64,000 nt of DNA from Patescibacteria group bacterium (GTDB taxonomy: Bacteria > Patescibacteriota > Minisyncoccia > Phycocordibacterales > SIBU01): contig JAZJZC010000003.1 in the NCBI GenBank assembly GCA_040390045.1, positions 115-64,114 on the forward strand. The letters run 5' to 3'. Positions 19,438 to 28,813 of the stretch are shown here, one piece after another. How positions within the stretch are numbered: position 1 is the first letter of the stretch; each line of letters starts with the position of its first letter. The position numbers and the translations under genes were made by a program. The notes below the pieces were generated by a model. That model worked only from the letters and a program-made list of their open reading frames with translations. It had not been told where the DNA came from and made no database searches.

Positions 19438-21921
19438 ATGAAAAGTTTTAAAAACACCACGCTCTCAATCCTCATCGTTTCGCTCATCGCGGGACCGACG
19501 CTCTTTTCGTTTCCGACTCAGGCAAAAGCAGGGGTGACAGACTGTATCGCTGGAATGTTGCTCAGCAAAACTAAAAGTACAGGAACCACAGTGGCGGCAA
19601 CCGCGGTAGGTACCGGCGCCATGACCAGCGCAAGCGGCGTAGCAACCGCCAACAAAATTACCTCAGTTCCAACGAGTGACGCTGGGGTAGCGGCCATGAT
19701 TCAAGGCCAAACCACCGCCATCACGTCACTCGTCAAGGCTGATGCAACGATAAATTCTGGAACTAACAGCCAAACCACAGGCTTGAGCATCAAGCGCTGT
19801 ATTATTGAACCGATCGTCACTATCATGGCGAGAACCCTTCTCACCAAATTTACCGCTCAAACAGTTAATTGGATCAATGGTGGTTTCCAAGGCAGTCCAC
19901 AATACGTCACCAACATTCAGGGTTTTATGTCTGATGTTGCCGATCAAGCAATCGGTAGCTACATACGAGGACTTGGCCCCATCGGGGCAATTCTCTGCGG
20001 ACCGTTTGACTTACAAGTGCGACTTTCACTCAATTTACAATATTCTAAAGGACCGAATCTTCGAGAGATCGGTTGTCGACTCTCAGATATCCAAAAAAAT
20101 GTTCAGAACGCTTTCACCAAGGGAGTTTTCGGAAAAAATGGTTGGGATAACTGGCTTCAAATTACTCAGACCCCGCAAAATAATCCTTACGGCGCATATC
20201 TCAAGGGTGTGGAGTCAATCGACGCTAAGATTGCCGGTCAGCAATTTGCCCTGAAAACCCAACTTGATTTTGGCAGAGGTTTTCTTTCTTCGGTTGATCC
20301 AGCAACTGGAAAAATCACAACGCCCGGTTCGATCATCGAGGGTCAGCTAAACGCAACACTCATCCAACCGCTCCAAAATATTGGGTTGGCTAAAGATATC
20401 GACGCTATTTTAAATGCACTAGTTGGACAAATGATCAGTCAGGTTATGGGTGGCATTGGGGGACTGGCCGGCGCAAGCGACTCTCGCTCCGCTTCTGGTG
20501 GATATTCGTCAGCAGTTGATCTTGGTCTAAAACAGACTCCGGCCACTGTTTCTAATGCAAATAATCAGGCTCAAAGTCTTCAAGTTGGTTTGTACATGAA
20601 TACAATTGGTGGAGGAAGAACTGCCGCCACAACAGCCTGTCCAACAAAAACAAGTGATTGTCCTACCGTTACGGGCGGTCCGACACCAACAGAGTTTTGT
20701 ACGCAATTTAAGGCAAACGTCTACGGCACAAAACCAAACGACGCAAGAGTGTGGGTAAAAGTGAACGGTACAGGTGGCGACCAATTGACTTCAAAAACTT
20801 CTGCTACTGGTGACGTACCATGGACTCTTGCTGATTACCGAGCGACGGCCAACTTCTGCCAATTCGTCGATATTACTACGCCGATCGGCGGAGAGGTTGA
20901 TAAATTTGTTGATCAAATAACTCCAAAAGGTGAGGTTACCGCTCCTGTTATCACTCCAGCAAAACCACCGGCAAATAATAATGCCAACCGAGAAATTTCT
21001 CTCTACACCGCGAAACTTAATCAGTCCTTCGTCTATCGTTCCGACGAAGGAATATTGTATGGGCCACAAAACGTCTTCGGCCAAATTGGCGCACTCACAT
21101 ACGGTGGCCCCGCGCCGCATTGGTGGACCGCTTCCTTAAATCAAACTGAGAAGATAGAAACCATTACCGTTAAGTCGATAGTAGACGGACGAACTACTGG
21201 TGCCCACACAATTAGATTCTCCTTACTCCCAGACAGTCAGTCGGGCGTAGCTGTTTCACTAAATCAAGTAAACGCTGGTCAAAACGTCTTCGAGTTTACA
21301 ATTCCATCAAACCCTTCTTTTGGTTCGTACTCTATTAGGATCGGCGGGGTCGAAGTAGCAACTCTTTCTGGAACCAACAATGATTTCACCATCACTTTCA
21401 AAAATCCGATTTCCGCAAATGCCTTGGCAATATCAAGACCAACCTTCCTCTGGCTGTCCCAAGTTACGCTATCGCGCCCACAATCGGCTACTGTTTCTTT
21501 CGATAATGCAATTTCAGATATGGTCCTGCTAAGCAAATCTCAGCCGACAAATATCAGTGTTGGTTTCTCTTCTCGTCTCGACAAAACGATTACTATCAAA
21601 ACCTCGCTTCAAAAATATTTCAACGGGTCATATGTGGGCGAAGCCTTCGCCGGCGGATCAGTCTTTGAAAGTTTCTCTGCTGACATTCAACAGCCGGCGA
21701 GTGGATTGGCAAAGGGTCCTTTTAACGCTTCCGCCATGGAAAGTGGTCAATCTGTAAATATTACTGCGGACAATGGGGCCTTTATAAATTACAGCATAAA
21801 ACCGCCGACGCTCAGTGCTTGTGACGACTCGAGCTTACCGCAATACCGATTGATTACGACTATAAGTGCCGATGAAACCTGGACACAAGTAACGCCGCTT
21901 AATATAAAGTGTAGCGAGTAG
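19438..21921 (+). CDS. Large secreted hypothetical protein of the T4SS-like cluster
   Basis: Signal peptide ending AKA; 827-aa ORF co-oriented with the cluster. Confidence 0.75.
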   Translation: MKSFKNTTLSILIVSLIAGPTLFSFPTQAKAGVTDCIAGMLLSKTKSTGTTVAATAVGTGAMTSASGVATANKITSVPTSDAGVAAMIQGQTTAITSLVKADATINSGTNSQTTGLSIKRCIIEPIVTIMARTLLTKFTAQTVNWINGGFQGSPQYVTNIQGFMSDVADQAIGSYIRGLGPIGAILCGPFDLQVRLSLNLQYSKGPNLREIGCRLSDIQKNVQNAFTKGVFGKNGWDNWLQITQTPQNNPYGAYLKGVESIDAKIAGQQFALKTQLDFGRGFLSSVDPATGKITTPGSIIEGQLNATLIQPLQNIGLAKDIDAILNALVGQMISQVMGGIGGLAGASDSRSASGGYSSAVDLGLKQTPATVSNANNQAQSLQVGLYMNTIGGGRTAATTACPTKTSDCPTVTGGPTPTEFCTQFKANVYGTKPNDARVWVKVNGTGGDQLTSKTSATGDVPWTLADYRATANFCQFVDITTPIGGEVDKFVDQITPKGEVTAPVITPAKPPANNNANREISLYTAKLNQSFVYRSDEGILYGPQNVFGQIGALTYGGPAPHWWTASLNQTEKIETITVKSIVDGRTTGAHTIRFSLLPDSQSGVAVSLNQVNAGQNVFEFTIPSNPSFGSYSIRIGGVEVATLSGTNNDFTITFKNPISANALAISRPTFLWLSQVTLSRPQSATVSFDNAISDMVLLSKSQPTNISVGFSSRLDKTITIKTSLQKYFNGSYVGEAFAGGSVFESFSADIQQPASGLAKGPFNASAMESGQSVNITADNGAFINYSIKPPTLSACDDSSLPQYRLITTISADETWTQVTPLNIKCSE

Positions 21922-21936
21922 TTTGGTCACAAAAGC

Positions 21937-24900
21937 ATGCGGAAATTTTTACTTTCATTTTTCATAGTCACCCTCACACTCTACGCGTCGTTTTCACCGA
22001 TGGGGAGTTCAAGGGTGTTTGGCCAACTCATCGATATTCCTCTTGATACTGGGGGAGATACAGGTGGCCTAACTTCACCAAATCTTCCAACTCTTCCAGA
22101 TTTTCAACCAGGAGATGGCGTGCGCGCCGACAGCGGAACCAGTCAGGGGGCTGTTGCCGCGGGATCAAACACCGTGGGAGGTGCAAATAATTCTCAATCT
22201 ACACCAGCGGTTATGCAGTTCGCGAGCTGTTTTGTTTTTGCCGCAACAGCTGGATTAGCTGGAGGTTTACACCTAGAAAATTGCGCCGCCAGTGTTATGT
22301 ATATCATCATGTGGATTTTCTCCTGGATACTCTGGTTGTCTGGAAAAATTTTGGACATGTCGGTCTATTACACCATCAACCTTGCTGATCTGTTAAACCA
22401 TGTTCCTGTGGTTGATATTGGGTGGAGAATTTTCCGCGATCTCGCCAACATTTTCTTCATATTTATTCTCTTGTGGGTAGCAATCGGTACGATTCTTGGA
22501 CTGATCTCGGGAAAAACCAAGGAAATTATTGTGCACCTCGTCATCGTGGCGCTTTTAATGAACTTCAGTCTTTTTATAACAAAAACTGTCATTGATGCTT
22601 CAAACATCGTCGCGATTCATTTCTACAACCTCATCGTTACTGGCACTTCCACGGGTACACCTCCAACCACAAGTCTTTCTGGAGCTTTTATGGAAGGCTT
22701 GAAAATTCAAACTCTCTTCCAACCTCAAACTCCTGGAGGGCAGGCGGGAGGAATTGCTGGTTTAGCGGCAGACTATAGTGGTGGAATAATAGACGCCTTT
22801 AAAGTCATCCTCATTGGCGGTTTTGGAATTGCGGTCATGATGATTGCCTCGTACATCTTTTTTGTGGCAGCAATCTTATTTATCGTCCGTCTGATCAATT
22901 TAATGATGGTTATGATTCTCTCACCGTTGGCTTTCCTGGCTTTCGTCCTACCTTCAACGGAAAAATATGCTGACCAGTGGAAAGAGAAATTGATTGGCCA
23001 GTCAATTTTCGCGCCGATTTACCTCGCGATAACCTATGTAGTAATAAAAACTATTCAATCTCCGGCATTTACAAGTGTGGTCTCGGTCAACAATAGAGAC
23101 ACTGGAGCGTCAGTTATGTCAGCTTCTGCTCTTATATTTTATGGCGCATCTGATACCGGTTCCGCTGCCGGCTTCGCCTTTGTCTTTAACTTCATTCTAC
23201 TCATTGGACTCATGCTTGGTTCGATTCTCGTCGCCAAAAAAATGGAAGCGGGTGGAATCGAATTTGCTGTTGAGGCTGGAAAAACAGCGGGAGGGTTTAT
23301 CGGAAGAAGTGTGGCGAGAGGGAAGTATATTACCGCAGTTTCGTCAACCTATTCTGGGGCCGTGGGCGGTATTGGGGGTAGAGTAGCGAATGTTTTAGGT
23401 TTCAAGGACACAGCAAAATCTTTACGAGAACATGCGGCAAAAGTATCCGCTAAGGGCGATTTTGCTCAAAAGAAAATGGATATGAACGAGTGGGATAGAA
23501 AATTTGGAAGGAGCGCTTTTGGTACAACCGAACTGGGAAGTTTTATTAGGGAGAAAACAACTGGCGGCGCCTTATTCGGAACTAAAGCCAAATTTGGTGG
23601 CGAAAAATCAGTAGGCGAGTCCTATGAGGAGAGCGAACATTTGCGTGATGAAGCACAAGATGTGGAACGTGCAAACGACGTCAAGAGAGCCGCTCTTGTG
23701 CTACAAAGTGAAATAAAAAACCCGAAGGCAACAAAAACAAAGGGTGAGCTGTTAGCAAAAGATGCGTCTGGTAAATTTCTTTTCAGGCCAGCCGTTCTTC
23801 CAGACAAACCTGACGGAAAGGGGGGCCTGAGAGAAATGACAGAAGATGAGTGGGTAGCAGATCTGCAAAAAAAGGAAAGGGATGAGAATAAAAAAATACT
23901 GCTCGATGCGGTTCAATCAGCCGTAACACGGCTTCCCTCCACAGGTCTTGTCCATCTCCAAGAAGAAGTCATAAAAACTGTTCTACCTTATTCGACAGAA
24001 AGACAGGTTGACGAACTAATAAAATCTACTGATGGCGGTTGGACAAAAGAAGACAAGGATGAATTTCTTGAAATCTATTTTAATCAACTGAAAGAAGATG
24101 GTGAAAAAGCTTCTGATGAACTCGAAGCGTTTGATCAAAAATTAGCTGCCTACGAGCAAGAAGTTCGAGAAGGTAAATTTGCAATTGATTCTGCCACAGG
24201 AAAAGTAATTACAGACAACAAGGGAAGGGTTATCGCCAAAGGAACCACTCTAGATGCAGACGGAAATGCTTCTGGGGATACTTTTGAAATTCCGGAATAT
24301 AAACAAACCGATGCGTTCCGCGCTGTGTATGCAAAAACTCGTCGATACATGTCAGATAAGGGATTTGAACTCCTAAATATCGTCAACTTTAGCTCTCATC
24401 TTTCGCAAAGTACCAAGGACCGACTCAAAAGAGAGGGAAAAAACGAAAAGGAGGGAAATCTTCTCCGTGCTGTACCTGCTATTGGTAAAATTATGAAATG
24501 GGGCACCGTCCAGAATATACGCGACCCCAACAAAACTTCGGGATTTACAGACCAATTCCGTGTTGATATTCGGTCTATAAAAGATGCTGATTGGGTTAAA
24601 TTACTCACTGTATTACGTGAACAAAAAGATCCTATCACCGGAGAATTTATGTACCGCAATACGGATGACGAGCGCGCCGAAGCGTTGCGAACAGGCAATT
24701 TTGAACTTACCGTTAAAGATAATTTGTGGGAAGCTCGAGCCCGAGACTTTTTGGCCGGGAGAGCGGCTGTTGAATCGGCAAACACCCCTGGAGGATTGCG
24801 TAAATTGTACGAAAATATTCGTCTTATGGGAGCCGAGGTTCTTAGAGAAACAGCTAAAAAGGATCCTGTGGATGTAAAAATCCTTTTGGAGGGAGCCTTT

Positions 24901-25185
24901 CAAGCTCTAAAAGAGAATGAGGAAGGAGAGAGAATGATGACGGTTGAGACTCAACAGCTCATCAGGAAACTAATTCAAACTAAGGAAGGATGGGATATTG
25001 GACAGAAAATGGAAAATGCTGAATTCCAGCGAATGAGAGAGAGGTTGGAAAAGGCTTTCCGAGCGGATAGTAAAAATGTGGTTGAATTCACTGATTGGAC
25101 AGATCCTGCACAACGTGCAGCGGCTATTGCTGAAGGATTAGAGGGTAGATTTAATAGGATGGGATTACCAAAAGCTACACCATAA
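21937..25185 (+). CDS. VirB6/TrbL-like polytopic membrane protein with long C-terminal tail
   Basis: GWRIFRDLANIFFIFILL, VALLMNFSLFITKTVID and ILSPLAF TM block; upstream of PrgI and VirB4. Confidence 0.7.
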   Translation: MRKFLLSFFIVTLTLYASFSPMGSSRVFGQLIDIPLDTGGDTGGLTSPNLPTLPDFQPGDGVRADSGTSQGAVAAGSNTVGGANNSQSTPAVMQFASCFVFAATAGLAGGLHLENCAASVMYIIMWIFSWILWLSGKILDMSVYYTINLADLLNHVPVVDIGWRIFRDLANIFFIFILLWVAIGTILGLISGKTKEIIVHLVIVALLMNFSLFITKTVIDASNIVAIHFYNLIVTGTSTGTPPTTSLSGAFMEGLKIQTLFQPQTPGGQAGGIAGLAADYSGGIIDAFKVILIGGFGIAVMMIASYIFFVAAILFIVRLINLMMVMILSPLAFLAFVLPSTEKYADQWKEKLIGQSIFAPIYLAITYVVIKTIQSPAFTSVVSVNNRDTGASVMSASALIFYGASDTGSAAGFAFVFNFILLIGLMLGSILVAKKMEAGGIEFAVEAGKTAGGFIGRSVARGKYITAVSSTYSGAVGGIGGRVANVLGFKDTAKSLREHAAKVSAKGDFAQKKMDMNEWDRKFGRSAFGTTELGSFIREKTTGGALFGTKAKFGGEKSVGESYEESEHLRDEAQDVERANDVKRAALVLQSEIKNPKATKTKGELLAKDASGKFLFRPAVLPDKPDGKGGLREMTEDEWVADLQKKERDENKKILLDAVQSAVTRLPSTGLVHLQEEVIKTVLPYSTERQVDELIKSTDGGWTKEDKDEFLEIYFNQLKEDGEKASDELEAFDQKLAAYEQEVREGKFAIDSATGKVITDNKGRVIAKGTTLDADGNASGDTFEIPEYKQTDAFRAVYAKTRRYMSDKGFELLNIVNFSSHLSQSTKDRLKREGKNEKEGNLLRAVPAIGKIMKWGTVQNIRDPNKTSGFTDQFRVDIRSIKDADWVKLLTVLREQKDPITGEFMYRNTDDERAEALRTGNFELTVKDNLWEARARDFLAGRAAVESANTPGGLRKLYENIRLMGAEVLRETAKKDPVDVKILLEGAFQALKENEEGERMMTVETQQLIRKLIQTKEGWDIGQKMENAEFQRMRERLEKAFRADSKNVVEFTDWTDPAQRAAAIAEGLEGRFNRMGLPKATP

Positions 25186-25237
25186 CCTAGTGAGTAGTTA
25201 AATTTCTAAGAGCAGAGACAAAGAAAATTACAACACC

Positions 25238-26812
25238 ATGAGTTACATAGACCAAGAACAAAAATTAGAAAAAATCTTGAGTAAATTACCTCAAGCAACT
25301 CAAGAACTGTTTAAAGATTATTCTATACTTTTTATTATTGGTGATACCGGGGACGGTTTTAATTTAACCATGGGAGAAATTGGTGAGGTATGTGAACTGG
25401 TTCGCCAAGTGATCACAAAAGAAAGACCGGTGGAAAAATTTGAGGAAGGGTTGAAAGAAAAATTGGCGGATGATGAGGATAACCTAGCAAAAGCGGGGGA
25501 AATTGTAGCAACTATCAACGAGAAAATTTTTGTGAAGCTCTTGCCGGCGTTGGGATTGAAAGCCTTGCCGATTCTCATGACTCCTGCTGTTGCTAAAAAT
25601 TTACCTGACGTAAACGTTTCATTTGAAGAAGGAAAGAGTAAAGAAGATGAAGAGTCTGCGGTCGCACAACCTTTAGGATCTTCACAACAATCGATCGATT
25701 CTCAACTACCGACTCCGCCTCGTACGGTCATGTTAAATAAAATGCCTCAGACTCAAGCGCCAACTGCTCCAAAACCAAACCGCTTCCCAAACCTAAAATC
25801 AGTAGCACCCGTACTTAACCTCAAACCTTTCTCAGGAGCTCCTTCTCCCGGACTTTCGAAATTTTCGAGTGCTCCAAGTGGATCAGTCGGGGCTTCTGCG
25901 AACACTTCGGCCGCACCGATAAAACCTCGCACGCCACTTATGGAAACACCGACCGAAATGATGTCGGAAAATCAAACCGAATCATTCTTGAAAATGCTCG
26001 CCGGTAAATTGGATGAAAAAGATTTGCAATCAAGATTTGATAAACTGCCATTCGCACTTAAAACCGCGCTCCGCTCGATGGACTCGGCTAAAAAAGTGCT
26101 CGACATTGGCATAAAATACGGCCTTCATGTCGACAAACTCGGAGTGGTAGCCGAAGAAACCGGCTTGGTAATTCTTGGTATGACGCACCCCAATCAATTT
26201 CTTCCTCGACTCAACCGCCGTCTCGGCATTGGCGAAGAAAAAACTCGACCTATCGCTCAAGAAATCAACACTGAAATTTTCCTGAAAATTCGCGAGGCGT
26301 TAAAGCAAGTGAACGGGGAAGAGCCTTCGTATGCAAACCTCGCACAATCTGCCGTAGCGACAAAATCAATTGCACCAGCGACCGAACCAGAACCTCATCC
26401 GTACAACCCGATTGACTTAGCCCAAACAAGTGAAGCTCAGACTGAAAATATCGCTGTTCAACAAGAGGGCGGCGAAATCCTTGATCGTGAAAAAATCCTT
26501 AGAGAAATCGAAAATCCTTCGACAGTAAAAATGACGCCTGTCTCAGTGCCAGTACCAAAAGTTGAGAGCAGACCAGTAGAAATTAAACCTCAAATACCCG
26601 CGCCAATTGTTCCACCTCCAGCACCGCCCGCGCAACCACCGCGCCAGGAATTTCAATTTGAACCTCCAGCACCAAAACCTCAAGAAACCCCTAAGCCTAT
26701 CGTGACCTCTCCAACATCAAACATCGTTGACCAGAAACTTTCTGATGTCACCGCGGCAAAGAAAACAGGAAGTTCTTATTCTGCAGATCCGTACAGAGAA
26801 CCCTTGCAGTAG
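25238..26812 (+). CDS. Hypothetical protein with duplicated helical domain and C-terminal DPYREP
   Basis: Two similar ~90-aa segments (KLP...IN-x-x-IF) separated by Pro-rich linkers. Confidence 0.75.
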   Translation: MSYIDQEQKLEKILSKLPQATQELFKDYSILFIIGDTGDGFNLTMGEIGEVCELVRQVITKERPVEKFEEGLKEKLADDEDNLAKAGEIVATINEKIFVKLLPALGLKALPILMTPAVAKNLPDVNVSFEEGKSKEDEESAVAQPLGSSQQSIDSQLPTPPRTVMLNKMPQTQAPTAPKPNRFPNLKSVAPVLNLKPFSGAPSPGLSKFSSAPSGSVGASANTSAAPIKPRTPLMETPTEMMSENQTESFLKMLAGKLDEKDLQSRFDKLPFALKTALRSMDSAKKVLDIGIKYGLHVDKLGVVAEETGLVILGMTHPNQFLPRLNRRLGIGEEKTRPIAQEINTEIFLKIREALKQVNGEEPSYANLAQSAVATKSIAPATEPEPHPYNPIDLAQTSEAQTENIAVQQEGGEILDREKILREIENPSTVKMTPVSVPVPKVESRPVEIKPQIPAPIVPPPAPPAQPPRQEFQFEPPAPKPQETPKPIVTSPTSNIVDQKLSDVTAAKKTGSSYSADPYREPLQ

Positions 26813-27210
26813 GGGATAGGGGGTAGGGTTTAGGGTATAATTAAACCAATGACATTAAGTTCATTCAAAGAATTAATTGTTTGGCAAAAAGGTATTGAGC
26901 TTGTTAAAGAGATCTACAAGTTAACGGAAAGCTTTCCGAAAACTGAAACATACGGGCTGACTAGTCAGATGAGAAGGTCCGCGGTTTCAATCCCTTCCAA
27001 CATTGCTGAAGGTTATAAACGAAAAAACGTGAAGGAGTACATACAATTTTTGAGCATAGCTGATGGTTCAGCGGCCGAGCTTGAAACACAGCTAATAATT
27101 TCAAAGTCAATTTACAAAACTAATTTTTCAATAGCTGAAAATTTGTTAGAAGAAATACAGAAAATGCTCATAACGATGATTCGCAAACTAAACCCTAAAC
27201 CCTAAACCCT
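26811..27210 (+). mobile_element. Cassette bounded by inverted (TAGGGTT)n / (AACCCTA)n arms carrying the four-helix-bundle gene
   Basis: Left arm AGGGGATAGGGGGTAGGGTTTAGGGT (26811-26836); right arm CTAAACCCTAAACCCTAAACCCT (to 27210); mobility is inferred. Confidence 0.6.
26849..27205 (+). CDS. Four helix bundle protein (23S rRNA IVP / Avd-like family)
   Basis: FKELIVWQK...FPKTETYGLTSQMRRSAVSIPSNIAEG...FLSIADGSAAELETQL. Confidence 0.93.
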   Translation: MTLSSFKELIVWQKGIELVKEIYKLTESFPKTETYGLTSQMRRSAVSIPSNIAEGYKRKNVKEYIQFLSIADGSAAELETQLIISKSIYKTNFSIAENLLEEIQKMLITMIRKLNPKP

Positions 27211-27215
27211 TCTTT

Positions 27216-27641
27216 ATGAGATTCCAAGTTCCACAATTCATTGAAGTTGAAGATAAAATTTTTGGTCCCTTGACCATCAAACAATTTATCTACCTGGCTG
27301 GAGGTGGGGGATTGTGTTTTATTTTCTATTCATACTTCAAACTCTATATCGCCATACCACTCATGATACCGGTGATAGCCTTTTCTGTAGCCTTAGCGAT
27401 GTACAAAGTCAACAATCGCTCTTTTATACTCATCCTTGAGTCAGCTTTCAAATATATGGTCACCAACAAACTATACATCTGGAAAAAAACCGACAGAAAA
27501 CCGACACACAAAACTGAAACTGCACCCGACACACTTTTGTATGTACCCAAACTTTCCGACAGTAAACTGAAAGACTTAACGTGGAGTCTTGATATTAACG
27601 AAAATACCTCGCTCGGTGCCAAAGAGAGTATGGAGCGTTAG
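27216..27641 (+). CDS. PrgI family (VirB3-like) protein
   Basis: MRFQVPQFIEVEDKIFGPLTIKQF followed by two TM helices. Confidence 0.9.
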   Translation: MRFQVPQFIEVEDKIFGPLTIKQFIYLAGGGGLCFIFYSYFKLYIAIPLMIPVIAFSVALAMYKVNNRSFILILESAFKYMVTNKLYIWKKTDRKPTHKTETAPDTLLYVPKLSDSKLKDLTWSLDINENTSLGAKESMER

Positions 27642-28156
27642 TCGATACGAAAATACGAAATGGAAACGAATATACGAAAAAATACGAAAACAACCTCACC
27701 AAGTGTATTGTATCCGGAATTATCGTATGATTTGGTTGGTATTTTTTTTGATGTACACAAAGAACTCGGTTTGTACGGGAGAGAAAAACAATATGCTGAT
27801 GCAATCGAGCTAAAACTCAAGCTTCGAAACATTCCTTATGAAAGGGAACTGGCGATTTCTGATAGTGGCAACATACTTGATTTTCTAGTTGATAGAAAAA
27901 TAATATTGGAATTAAAATCTAAGCGGATGTTAACTCCAGATGATTTTCGCCAAACCCAACACTACTTGCAAGAAACACAAATGCGCTTGGGTTTATTAGT
28001 CAACTTCAGAGAAAAAAATATTAAGCCTGTCCGTATTGTTCGCATAGATACCGTAAAAAAGTTACAATATAAGAACGAGAAGGAAAGTCAGTAAGATTGC
28101 GCAAAAAGTTTTTGTATAATTTCGTATATTGGCATTAATAATTCGTATTTTCGTAT
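27642..28156 (+). mobile_element. Cassette bounded by inverted ATACGAA-type arms carrying the GxxExxY gene
   Basis: ATACGAAAATACGAA (27645-27659) pairs perfectly with TTCGTATTTTCGTAT (28142-28156); further 11-bp and 9-bp segments pair inside; mobility is inferred. Confidence 0.6.
27660..28094 (+). CDS. GxxExxY protein (PD-(D/E)XK nuclease-like fold)
   Basis: VHKELGLYGREKQYADA...DFLVDRKIILELKS...Q-x-x-HYL...LGLLVNF. Confidence 0.9.
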   Translation: METNIRKNTKTTSPSVLYPELSYDLVGIFFDVHKELGLYGREKQYADAIELKLKLRNIPYERELAISDSGNILDFLVDRKIILELKSKRMLTPDDFRQTQHYLQETQMRLGLLVNFREKNIKPVRIVRIDTVKKLQYKNEKESQ

Positions 28157-28805
28157 GGCATCTTCCTCAACCAAAGCAACCCAAGATTTTGTTCCTATAA
28201 AAGAAGTGCGTGATGGCATCGTCGTTCTAAAAGACGGCTCTTTCAGAGCAATTCTTATGACGTCCTCCTTAAACTTTGCCTTGAAGTCAGAAGACAATCA
28301 AAATGCCATTATTTTGCAGTTCCAAAACTTTTTAAACTCGCTTGATTTTTCAATTCAACTTTTTATTGAATCGAGGAAACTCGACATCAGACCATACATC
28401 GCCCTTTTGGAAGATCGCTATAAAAATCAAACTGCTGACTTGATGAAAATTCAAACCCGCGAATATATTGAGTTCATTAAAACCTTTACAGAAAACACGA
28501 GCATCATGACCAAAACCTTTTTTGTGGTTGTCCCATTTGCCGCCGCACCCTTGCAAATGAAAAAAGGAGTAATGGATTTTGCCGGAAAACTGCTCACTCG
28601 CAAGCAAGCTGAAGAAAAAATTCAACAAAAACAGGACAACTTTGAAGAAAGCCGAAGCCAGCTGCTTCAAAGAATTTCAGTGGTGGAGCAGGGACTGATG
28701 CGTTGCGGTATCAGAGCAGTAGAACTGGGAACTGAGGAGGTGGTTGAGTTGTATTACAAAATTTTTAATCCGGGAGATACCGACAAACCAATCCAAATCA
28801 ATTAA
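28155..28805 (+). CDS. T4SS-associated protein (VirB4 N-terminal-like)
   Basis: ATQDFVPIKEVRDGIVVLKDG...LNFALKSEDNQNAII...FLNSLDF; lies between PrgI and VirB4. Confidence 0.75.
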   Translation: MASSSTKATQDFVPIKEVRDGIVVLKDGSFRAILMTSSLNFALKSEDNQNAIILQFQNFLNSLDFSIQLFIESRKLDIRPYIALLEDRYKNQTADLMKIQTREYIEFIKTFTENTSIMTKTFFVVVPFAAAPLQMKKGVMDFAGKLLTRKQAEEKIQQKQDNFEESRSQLLQRISVVEQGLMRCGIRAVELGTEEVVELYYKIFNPGDTDKPIQIN

Positions 28806-28813
28806 TAAATACC

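Noticed and set aside
26849-27205. Diversity-generating retroelement (Avd-like fold)
   Set aside because: No reverse transcriptase and no template/variable repeat pair differing at adenines seen in the window.
26811-27210. Eukaryotic telomere contamination (TTTAGGG)
   Set aside because: Only three to four degenerate units, inverted around a bacterial gene and overlapping its coding sequence.
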